Assembly (NCBI GenBank): GCA_013239625.1
Contig: MU056050.1
Coordinates: forward strand, 154,337-218,336
Direction of reading: 5' to 3'
Source: Lama guanicoe
Taxonomy: Eukaryota
DNA length: 64,000 bases
The notes beneath the pieces are model-generated. The model ran no database searches, had not been told where the DNA came from, and saw only the letters and a list, made by a program, of their open reading frames with translations. Position numbers and translations under genes: made by a program. Shown here in pieces: positions 26,648 through 37,900 of the stretch. Numbering within the stretch: position 1 is the first letter of the stretch; every line of letters begins with the position of its first letter.

Positions 26648-26740
26648 TTTCTCCTGTTAATGGGGGTGCTAGAGATTGAACCCAGGACCTCCTGCATGCT
26701 AAGTATGTGCTCGACCACTGAGCTATACTGGCCCTGCCCC
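26648..26740 (-). mobile_element. tRNA-Ala-derived SINE (camelid Vic-1-like)
   Basis: Minus strand reads TATAGCTCAGTGGTCGAGCACATACTTAGCATGCAGGAGGTCCTGGGTTCAATC plus an A-rich tail; imperfect TSD at 26633-26647 and 26741-26755. Confidence 0.85.
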
Positions 26741-27479
26741 AGAGCTTCTTTTCTTGAGTTGTATGTCTGTTTGAAGAGCGAAGAGACAAAAACAGTTATC
26801 TTGCTTCTGTCCTGCTAGCTCCTCTGGTGAGCAGCAGCATGCCCCAGAGACACTTTTCAGTGTGAGCATTAGTGGTTCTCTAAGAACTGGGAGCCTCACA
26901 GAAGGCGCATTCATTTAATCATTTTATCATAGATAAAAGGTTGACTTAGGATACCTCAAGACAAGATTATGGTGAGGATACATAAGCCTAGAAAACTATT
27001 AAATTCCAAAGCAGCTCTAGTCATCGAGTCTTGCTCCCTTCCTCTTGTCTAACATCCCTGCTGCCCTCTCTAAGCCTGCTCTATTCTCCTTTTGCCATTG
27101 ACTGGAAAATTCTCTCTGCGGTCTATAGGAACACTTCCACAGGTTCCTGGTCTGACTGCCTTAGCTTGTTACTATCAATCCTACTGGACAGTACTCTTTG
27201 CGTCTGGCGACCTCTACTGTCACCAAGTTATGGGGCCCATTCCTGGTACAGTCAAGGTCACCCCTATGCCACAACTAGCTGGATTTGCTTTCCTGACCAG
27301 GAGGCAGTGAGCAGAGTATTGGACACAGCAGACACCGTGACTAACAGACCTAGTATAGAGGACTTCTCTTTGAAGGTGAATGTCGGCCTTGGTGACAATT
27401 AACCCATGGGAGGTTGAGCTGAACAAGAGAGTGACAGGGCCAGTCCTCTGTGTATGTGGAACAGCCAACCGCCCATGCT

Positions 27480-27670
27480 GGTGTTTCCCAAATCATGGTC
27501 CTCAAACTGCTGCCGCAGATCTGCCTTAGTGCTTTTTAAACCTTTTAATTTCTGGGCCTAACTTCAGACCTACAGAATCAGAATTTTGGAGTTGGGATCA
27601 GAGAATCTGCATAGTTAACAAGCTCCTCACATGAACATGAGTGTTCACTAAAGTTGAGGACCTCTGCTCT
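27480..27670. mobile_element. MER5A-like hAT MITE
   Basis: CAGACCTACAGAATCAGAA...AATCTGCATAGTTAACAAGCTCC...AAAGTTGAGGACCTCTG. Confidence 0.65.
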
Positions 27671-29044
27671 ATATTCTTCAAGCTTCTTTCGAGCTGTTGC
27701 CTCTTCCTGGAAAGTTCTCTTCCTGCTCTCTCTGCTTAGCAAAATCCTGCCCCATCCCTGGAGGCCAAGCTCAGGTGTAGCTGCCTTCATGAGGCTTTCC
27801 CTGATTTCATGTCTCCTTAACTCCAACCACCCCCTGTTGCTATGGGGTAGGGGATATTAGGTGAATAAGAACTGGGGTGCAAGGGAGTGTTGGGGATATG
27901 AGAAGGCACATCTGGGATGGAGCTGTAGGAAAGGATTATGTTTTGCCCCCAGCTTTTTATTTGGAAAACTCTGGAAGTAAACTATGATGAATACCAGCAT
28001 GTCCTTCACCTGGAAATTAACATTTTGCATTTGCACACATGCTCTCTCTCCACACACACATACACACATATCATACAAACTTGTATGTATTTGGCTACAA
28101 CATTTGAAATTAAATTGCAGTTATGGTGCCACTTTGCATTGAAATCCTTCAGCATCTGTCTCCTAAGAAAAAGAGCATTCTCTCATTCTCTTGAGTAATA
28201 ATAATACCACTATCACATCCAAGAAATGTAACATTGATGGAATAGTATTATGCAATATTGAGTCCATATCAAAACTTCTCAAATTATTCCAAAGCATCCT
28301 AGCTGTCTGTGCTGATTCAGGATTCAATCAAGAATCATGGATTTCACTTGATTATCTTTTCTTTTTAGTCTCTTTTAATCTAGATTCTAGAACAGTACCT
28401 TTGGCTTTTTTCCTTAATGATATTGATATTTTTGAAGAGTCCAGGTTAGTTGTCTTGTTTACAATCTGGATTGTCTGATTGTTTTCTCACAACTGGGTTG
28501 ATACTAAACATCTTTGGCAGGAACACTACAGAAGCAATGCTGTTCACTTCTCTCTCTGCATTACATCAGGAGCGTCACGTGCCACTGCCCTGTTATGGGT
28601 GATGCCAAATTAGATCACTTATTTAAGATTTGTCTTCTAGAACTCTTCATTGAAAAGGTACATTTTTATTTTGAAATTAATAAGTAATCTTCAGAGTAAT
28701 CGGGAATGAGCATGTGGAACAGCTCCTATGGTGGTTCCTGAGTGCACTGAAGTTTGAACCACTGTTTTACAAGGTGTGATGTGAATGAGGGTCCTCAAAG
28801 GCCTTATCTGCCTCCAAAATACCTCAGGCTTAGCAGTCTGCCTTCACCTTTCACCTCTTGCTCCACCTCCAAACACCCTCTCCCTCTTGCCTGGTCCACA
28901 TCCCCAGCATGAGAGACATTAGCAGGCCAGATGGGGGCACTGCCTCCAACCTGAGGAAGCTTGCTCCCTTTCCCACTCAGGTCAAGGCCTTGTGAGGAAG
29001 AACCGTCAAAAATGACGAGGTATTTTTGTTCAGTTGATTGGTTT

Positions 29045-29104
29045 GTATTAGTATTAGTATTAGTATTAGTATTAGTATTAGTATTAGTATTAGTATTAGT
29101 ATTA
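29045..29104. repeat. (GTATTA)10 hexanucleotide microsatellite, next to a MIR (~29110-29310)
   Basis: Ten perfect copies read directly. Confidence 0.98.
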
Positions 29105-32100
29105 ATTGGGTGAACTGAGCCAAGCAGTTTATATAAATTATATCATTTGATCCTATGCCAACCCAATGAGTTTACAGATGGAAAAACTGAGGCTCACAGA
29201 AGTGAAGTAACTTCCCCAAGTTTATACAGCTATTAAGAGTCAGAACTGGATTCAAATCCAGTTCCAAATAAAGCTCATGCTTTTAAACACTAAGCTATAC
29301 TCTCTAATGAGCAATAATTCCACCTGACTTCAGAATTCTCCTGCCATTTGCCTCTGAAGAGTTTTAGGCCCGCAGCATTCCCGAGAGTGAGGAAGCAGGG
29401 ACACTGGACTTACCTTTCAAGGTGGAGAGATGGTTTAACAGAGAAATCAATTGGCATTCCTGTGGTCTTACAGCAAGTGAGTAACTGAGCAGGATGTTGA
29501 TGGAGAGACCTTAAGCTCTTGCTTATGAATTTGATTTTGATTTAAGAGGCAGCTGAGAGCCACTATGATTTCTGACTGGTGCTTGCTGAATCTAGAGTGG
29601 GTTCAGGTTGGATTAATATCACTGTCCTTTGTGTGGGGAAATGCTGCTACTTGATAATAAACCGGCTTGCAGGCTTTGGTAGAAAAGACCGACGTTGCCG
29701 ACAGCCCCTTTCTGTGCTTTGCACACGTGAGTGACTGTCTTTAGGTTTACAGCTCTCTGTCCAGCCTGTCACAGGGGAAAATTCTACCTCTTAGATTCTA
29801 GTTAGCTCAAGAAAACCTGTTGCCCCCACCCTACACCCTCCATTCCCAATAAACAGAACAAAAAAAAAAGCCTTGTAAATGTGCTCCGACTTTGTGTAGT
29901 CCACAGTTTTCTCTAGTCTATCAATTCTCCCGCAAGGATGCCCAGTCAAATGCTGCAGTGAAAGGAAAAAACAAAACAAACAAAACCACAACACCCAAGA
30001 CTCTCTCCTGCCAGCAAGAGTCATTTGTAATTTGGGGGTTTATTGCACGAATTAGCTTTAGTTTCAGGTTGCCCACTTCTTAGTGACAGAGGTGTCAGGA
30101 AAATATCCCTGCACCTGTTGCAAGGTTTCATCTATGGCTGGAGTTAGACACAGACAAACACATATAGAGTATCATCCCAATTTTAGCACATGTGCTGTTA
30201 AAGCAAGCACGTGTACATATAAAGTGTCATCCAAGTTTAGCGTATGTCCTGATAAATTAAACATCATCATATATAGACACAGAAGATTTCAAAATTGGAA
30301 GAGTCCTAAGAGGTCATCTAGCAAACCCTCCATCCTACTCCTCACCCCCAGCCGTGTATGCATAGAACAGCTCCACATTGAGACAGCAAAGTTTGGGCAG
30401 CTCCAGTGACAAGTCACTTACTAACTTTCAGAGGCAGCTGATCTGTGTGACCAGCTTTGTTTTTTTAACGAAGGCCTTTTATAAAATAAAGTGAAATGCA
30501 TCCTCCTGATAACTTCTAGCTTTGGAAGACTGCTTCCTTCCTCTGGAGTCGCTCAGAATGAGGGATCACCTTTTCCACCCAGGCCCTACCTGCCGACTCT
30601 AGATTGACTGAAACTTCCAGCACCATGGCTCCCAGCCAGGACCTTCTCTGCAGTGACTCTTCTTCCAACCTTGACTCTTCCTTTTGACGGCATGTGTATC
30701 CAAGGTTCATTCTCCCAGCTGATGCTGCCCCACCTGGATTGCTCTGCTCTTCCCTGCACACCTAGCAAGCACAAAGCTTCTGGGAGGCTGGGCCCTGGCG
30801 GGCCCACTGCAGTGCCATGGCTCTGCTTGCCAAAAGCCATTTGATGCAGCAGGGAAGCAAGTGGTTAGAGAGGTGCATTGGGTTTCTGAGACGTACTAGC
30901 TTAGCTAAGGCAGAAACAGGCTCTAACTTAATAATCTTCTCATCACACACAGTAAGAGACACCCTGACTTATTCAAAGACACCGTGGGCGGTGCAGAGGA
31001 TGAATAAGCATGATTCACTGCCACTCTGGCACCTGGGGCACGAAGAATAATAAAACCCAAAGAATTGTAGCCGCCTGAGTAGTAAATTAAGAGATCCGGG
31101 GCTCAGCTAGACTCTCGACATCAATGTTACCATGGCAATAAAGGGCCCCAGCGTTCAGCAGCTATTACAGAGCAGGCGTCTAATAGGCTAGTCTATGTCA
31201 CAGCCAAAGCCCAAGGGGCTAGCAAAGAAGACCAATTAGCATATCCATTCATTAGGGGCCTCTGCACACTTCTTCTCTTAATTCCAATTAGTTGTTTGTT
31301 TGAACCAACGTCTCTTGCCTGCATTATACTCATTAGTGCCTTTTAGCCACTGGAAATAGGCTTGAAACTCCACAAGGACCTCACTGTTTCCCAAGCCTTC
31401 ATTTTTCCCCCAGGGGTCTAGGCTTATACAGTGACAAACCTATGGGCCACAGTCCCTCAAAATGAAAGCATCTCTCACTGTGCAACTGTACTCGGCAGAT
31501 AGAAACTCTGCTCAGGAATGTGATGTGCTAAGGGTTCTTCTTGGAACCCAGTGAAGTAAGGATCTGGGGCCATTATCTGGACCATTCAGGTCAAGGAAAC
31601 CCTCTGGCCTTAGCCAGTGAGCCTGCTGGACACGCCTGCTGGCCACTACTCAGAGGCTATCTGCTCAGGAGGGGGAGCTTTGGGCACTGGGGACCATACT
31701 GGCATCATCAAAGTCCAGTAGTAGCTGTTCCAGCTTGAAGGACTGCCCTTCAAGGTCCAGCCCAAACTCCGCCTACTCCGGGAAGCCTTCCCTGATCTCT
31801 GCAGCCCCAAATGAGTTCCCCCTCCTCCACAAACTTCGAAGATGACATCCTATGCTGGGCAGCATTCATGGGCAGCCTCAGGCCCTGGGCCAGCCTGGAG
31901 TTTCCTCACCCATGACTTCAGAGTCCTCAAGGTCACTAATGCTGGAAGGGACTGGGGTTCTAGAGAGCACTCAACAACACTTGGATGACTCCAACGGCAA
32001 ACAACTCTTAAGCTCCACTGCACGTGACTCCCTAGAGACTCCCTGAAGACTTAGCCAATCCCTGGGTAGGGAAAGTACACAATCACTCTTTGATGGCTCT

Positions 32101-32794
32101 GTCTACCAAACACAATATTGCATAAGTAGCCCACAAGAACACATGCCATAAACTAGCCCCTCTCATGGTAGAAGCAAAGAATCTCTCAAGAGCGCTACCT
32201 TCTCTTTCTTCTTTTGGGAACAGGAAGATCCAGTCCATAAGAATGTTTCTGTTCCCTGTCAGCAACCATGTGGTTTTACTGAAGCAGGCAACCAGGAAAC
32301 GGGGCTCAGAGAAGCAGCTGCTAACATCTGTGCACAAGGACTGGGCATATACTTTAAGCGACTTTAATCATTTGCATTTGAACCTGCTGTCAAATTCAAA
32401 GCCTCTCCTTTCCTCCTCCTCTCTTGCCGCTGTAGCCACTGCTTCATTTGCAGCCCCACTGGCCGCTTCTGGCTCCAGTCTGCTGCACTGTTAAGCAGAT
32501 TGCTTTTTTTCCAAAATTGGCAGGAACAGTTTCTCCTTTAGCTAAAGCCTTTTGAGTGTGAGCTCATACAGATTTCTGTCTTAGAGATCGTATGGGATTT
32601 TGTTAGTTTACCCCACCCAACAGCTGGCATTCCAGAAGGCAGCCTGGGCTATAGTTAAAATACACTGTAAATATATTAAGTATATGGCAAATCCCAAATG
32701 ACCCAGAATGCTAGGGAATGAGAAATTCTGGAGAATGGAATGTTTTGTTACCTGAGTTCACATTACTCCAAATGTCCTTTTGTCTCCCATTTTT

Positions 32795-33408
32795 GGTTTT
32801 ATCCCCAGCTTTACTAAGATATAATTGACACATGACATTGTGTAAGTTTAAGGTGTACAACGTGATTTGATACGTTTTATATATATATATATCTCAAAAC
32901 GATTACCACTATAGTGTTAGCTAACACCTCCGTCACATCACATAATTACCATTTCTTTTTTATGGTGAGCACACTTAAGATCTACTCTCAGCAACTTTCA
33001 AGTATATAATACAATATTATTGATGATGATTACCATGTCATACATTAGATTCCTCAGAATTTATTCATTTCATAACTAGAAATTTGTACCCTTTGACCAA
33101 CATCTTCCCAATTCCCCACCCTCCCCCCAGCCTCTGGTAACCACCATTGTACTGTCTGTTTCTATGAATTTGGCTTTTTTAGATTCCACATGTGAGATCA
33201 TACAGTATCTGTTTTTCTCTGTCTGATTTATTTCACTGAGTATAATGCCCTCAAGTTCCATCCATGTTGTCATTAATGGCAGGATTTCCTTCCTTCTCAT
33301 GACTGAATATTCCATTTTAGAATATTCCTCATCCTTCCTCATCCATTTATCTGTTAACAGGACACTTAGGTTGTTTCCACATCTTCACTATTGTGAATAA
33401 TGCTACTG
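32795..33408 (-). mobile_element. L1MA9-like 3' end, antisense
   Basis: ORF 33076..33342 (-) EILPLMTTWMELEGIILSEINQTEK is the L1 ORF2 C-terminus. Confidence 0.8.
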
Positions 33409-34379
33409 CCCACTCCTGGCTTTTGAAATCTTGCTAACGTGACTGTACTCTCTTTTATGCCTTCATAAAACAAGACCAATTTACCTATCTATGCTTTTTT
33501 TGGCTTTTGACGCTTCCAAGGGCTTCGAGATTCTCCTACTTAACACCAGGAATCACACAAAAGGCTTGAATGGAGAAAGTGTAAGAGACAGAACTCAAAG
33601 TCTCCTGAGACCAGGTTATCCCCTGGAATATATTTTGCTTTCATTAAAATCCAAAAAGAAGAATGAGTTTCTCTTCTCTTTGTCAGTGTTCTCTTTCTCT
33701 TCAAATGAGGGTATGGGGCAGGGGGACTCCGTTAAGGAAGAGTCCTGATTAGTTACATTCTAGCCAATGGAATTTTTATTTTAAATTAACCACTATTGAA
33801 GCTGTCTTCATCAGAATAGCCTCGACTTGGAATTATGACTGATCTGTCTAAGCTGTTGGGCTATGGTTTTCTTGCTCATGAATATGCCCACTACCTGCAA
33901 CATTCTCAGTCACCTGGGTGTAATGGGCAGGGGGAGGGATTTGTGAAGGAAGGATCACAAATTCCACCTAGGCCTCTTAGCCACCCGGGCTCCAGTGGGG
34001 TGAATCAAACAGACTAAAACTGCTATACAATGTTCTTGGCTGTTTCTACTAATTTTTCTTTTGTTGGATCCCACTTTGGCCTCAGGAGTTATATATGTCT
34101 GGGAAACTGACACTGCAAAGTTCTGGCTTGTTCCCTGCCTTGATGCTAAGGGATAAATATAGATCTCAACCACTACAGAAATTTGGCCAGGATTCCAAGG
34201 GGTGTGTGTGTGTGAGGGGCAGTGCTGATGGGGCCATTCTGACATGTGGGCTAGAAAAAGGCTTCTTTATGTCCAAGACCCTTTTTGGCCAGGGAAGGGT
34301 AAGGCAGGAGCCTGGCCTCTAAAATCAGAATGCATAGTCTACATTTAAGGGACTTGCGGATTGACACAAATAAGGAATA

Positions 34380-34924
34380 TTGTAGGTGGCCTGGTGTGGG
34401 GAGGGGTGGGGAAAGCTAAGGGAATCTTTCCTGACACCCTAGATCCTTTTGTATGAGGTCAGCCTTATGAAAAAAGAAAGTTATTCTTGGTCATCTCCCC
34501 TCACCCCCAACTCCCACCCACGCCCCACCCCCTGCACACACTGATATCCAACTCTCAATTCAGAAGAACACGACTTAAGATTTCCATTGGGCGCATAGTA
34601 GCTCAGGCGCTAGGGAAGGGCAGTGGGTGGGAAGAGACATGAAGTTGGGGGTGGTGAGTCGCTCATCCTCGTGACCCAGAATATCTCCCCCTCCCTGTAA
34701 TGATGAGCTTGCTTTTCCATCAGGGCTTTCCTTTGATTCAGGGAAGGGGCCAACCAATGAGAGAGGGGCATGTTGGATTATTTTGGGGAAGGGCTCATGC
34801 CAGGAGGGTTCACTTTTACTGGGCGCCAAGTATCCCCAGCAACCAGTGTCTCCTGTACCAGCAGAAGCTCCATAACTCTCACTCACTGGCCTGCCTCTGC
34901 CGCGTCTTTGCCCACTGACCAGCC
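34380..34924 (+). promoter_or_regulatory. ATP1B4 proximal promoter / 5'UTR region
   Basis: Directly upstream of the ATG. CCAAT at 34754, inverted CCAAT (ATTGG) at 34586, CACCC/G-rich tracts at 34398-34532, CATAA near 34871. The TSS cannot be determined. Confidence 0.5.
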
Positions 34925-34987
34925 ATGAGACGGCAGCTCCGGTCCAGAAGGGCTCCGGCCTTTCCTTACGGTTATCGCTACAGACTT
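34925..34987 (+). CDS. ATP1B4: ATP1B4 coding exon 1 (MRRQLRSRRAPAFPYGYRYRL)
   Basis: GCCATGA start context, 21 codons, donor GTGAGT at 34988. Confidence 0.96.
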
Positions 34988-37900
34988 GTGAGTCCCAGGG
35001 AGCTGAATATTTTGCTATCCCTTTTCAGTGGGATAGGGTGGGGGTTGTATAGGTCTTGGCTTAGGGCTGCTTCTCCTTAGGACGGTCAGGAACGGTGAAG
35101 TTTAAGGAAGCCCATAGTTTTGAGGCAAGCAGTGATCCCCAGTACCCCATCACACCCTAAACTGCTGGACTGAAGGAGGAAGCCCCTCTTCTTGTGCAAC
35201 AAAGATAAAGCAAGGGGAAGAAGCCAGAGAATAAGGGGCTTTCTAAATTTTTCCTTGGGAGACCAGAATTTGAACAGACTATTTGGAGTCTGGGAGTGGA
35301 GGTTTCCTTCCGATACCAAGGAATTTAGCCAAGAGAGAAGGGAAGGGGAAACGAAAGGCACTGCCTACCCAGCTGTCTCGATCCCTTTGGGTGGTAGCTT
35401 CTTAGGAACCCAGCTGCTCTTTTTCCAAAGCAGAAATTCCAGACTATAGCTAAAATCATCAAATCCTAGACAGTAGCTGGGAGGAGTCCTAGACTTCACC
35501 TCTCCAGAACCCCTCATTAGGTAAAGGACGCCTTTGGGGCTCAGAGCACAGGAGTGACTTGCAAGTTAGTGGAGGAGCCAAAGTGAGAATGCAAGTTTCC
35601 TCACTTCCAATCTTGTGCTCTTTCCATTTCCATATTTGCAGCGTGCAACTCCTTAACCCTCCAGCCCTCCACCACCCACTGCCACCCTGCTTTGCACTTA
35701 CTTTGCTATAAATCATTAATACAAACCACATGCAGTACTTTAGGGGGGAGGTATATTCTGAAATCTCCCACACACCGGGCTGTGATCTGAACCCCCGGAG
35801 GAAACAAACCTTAATCCATCTTTCTTGGGGAATGGCCAGTTATGTAACCAGCAAGCTAAGTGAAGACGGTCAACAGTTAGCAGAGGAAGGCACATATTCT
35901 TCTAAGCCCACATCAACTTGTGGAGGGCTTCTCTTGACTGCCCAGCCACAATTTGTACAATCTCTCTTTTGACATCCCCAGAGTCCCTTCCAGCAATCAG
36001 AGTGGTCACAGTCTGTAGGGCATATGTAACTAGTGCTTACTTGGCTTCCTTTCTATGTAATGCTGCTGACATGTTGTGTATAATTTCAATTATTTGTCAA
36101 CTGGTTTGGGTTTTAAATGCATCAGAGGAATCTTGCTCTTTATAGGGAATACTTGATCAAATTTAAAAAGAAATTATTCGATGCAGTGAGTAATCATGTG
36201 CTAATGTCTCTTTTAAAATTAACTAACCGTTTGAATGTTTACAGGGTGTTACTCAATGCAGGGCACAAATTTATCCTTCGGGTCATACTGCTTGTTTATA
36301 CATTTGTTTATATGTTTATATATTTAGAGTGCTCAAAATGGAGCCACCTTCTGCCCTTCAGACTCTTCCCTTTTAGGGCAACGTGATGGCCCCAGCACCC
36401 ACCCACAACTCTCTCCCAGCACAGACACTATCACATGAGGGCGGTACCACTTTAGGAAACTGACAAAAACAGACCCTCTCATTACCAAAGGATTCCCTAC
36501 TGGATTCCGTTAAATAGTTGGTTGCACAAAAGTGCCTCTGTTGCAGAAGGTGAGGTTCTCCTATACCGGGAAGCAGGGAGAGGGAAAAAGATATTTGAGG
36601 TTTCTGAAGCTCAGGCAGTATGAGAGCTGTGGGGAAATTAGCACTGAGAAGGTTAATTCTTCCCAGGAGGGTAAAGCTTTAATGACAAGCCATCTTTAAT
36701 GAGATTAGCGTGAGAGCTCATATCTACAAATAAGATCAGGCTGAGGCCAAAGCCAGCTGCCTCCTCTGTGGAGCAGAGGTGGAGGGCAGGCGAATAGGCA
36801 ACAAGGAGAGAAAAGGAAGGTGTTTAGAAAATATAAAAGGAACATAAATTCCTCCACGTTGAAATGTTACACTTCAAATTCCCTGAGATTCTCGGTTGCA
36901 GATTCTCTGGGGGCCATGATGACTACCCACTACAGTCCACATGACTACTGAGGTGAGGGACCAGGCTTTGTGAGAGCATCCCCCCAGAGTCCTGGCTCAG
37001 GAGCTTTAAGTCAGCCATTGACACTTGCTTAGACCCCACTGGTGTCCTAGCTGTGGGTTCCACACTGTGGAGGGCCATCAAGGAGTTAGAAAACATGGAC
37101 CCTGCCCCCTGGTGCTCAGAATGTAGGTCTGGAGGTCAAATGGGTACATATGATCACACACAAGTGAAAGAGACTTAAGAATAACTATTGACCCATTCAG
37201 CATTGAGTGATGGGGTTTATTTTCCTAAGCCTTACCCTGTGAGTCTGTCAGAGTTAGAAATCTTCGATTATAAGCACCTACCATCCCTTGGGAACACAGA
37301 ATCTAACACACTATTGTGCACCACAAATCTGCTAAACCACCCCTAAGCACCTGTGCTCAGTGTGATAGAAGAGAAACATCACTGTCCATGGTATGGAGAG
37401 ATAGGGGTTCTGAGACTGTCAACTCTCTCATGAACTTGCTGTGTGACTTTGGCTAGATCCTGCCCCTTCTCTGGGCCTCACAAGTGAATCTTCAAGGTCC
37501 CTGTTGGTTTTGATAATGGTGCATGATGCAAAGCTGTACGTTTGAACAAATTAGAGAGCAATTCAAGAGTGCTTCTAATCTAGAGCTCGACAGCGCTAGG
37601 CCAACTGAATGCTGAGACTAGAGTCCTGTCATTCTGTATCACTGTTACTGATTCTGAACAATCCAGTTTTCTGAAACCACCCCCCTCCCAAACAGCAGCA
37701 CTTCTAGCCGAGCGTCCTCTAAATGGCCTTTGAGGAATCAGGCAGGGAGGGGGCAGCACAGAGCCCCAGGCCTCTATCATTTGACACATCCAAGCCCAAC
37801 AGGTGCACAGGCCCCGCCACTCTTCAGATTTGGACAGCAGAGAGGAGGGAGGGTGGCCTTGGCAGATCCACAGAGAGCAGAGATCCAACTCTCCAGCCTG

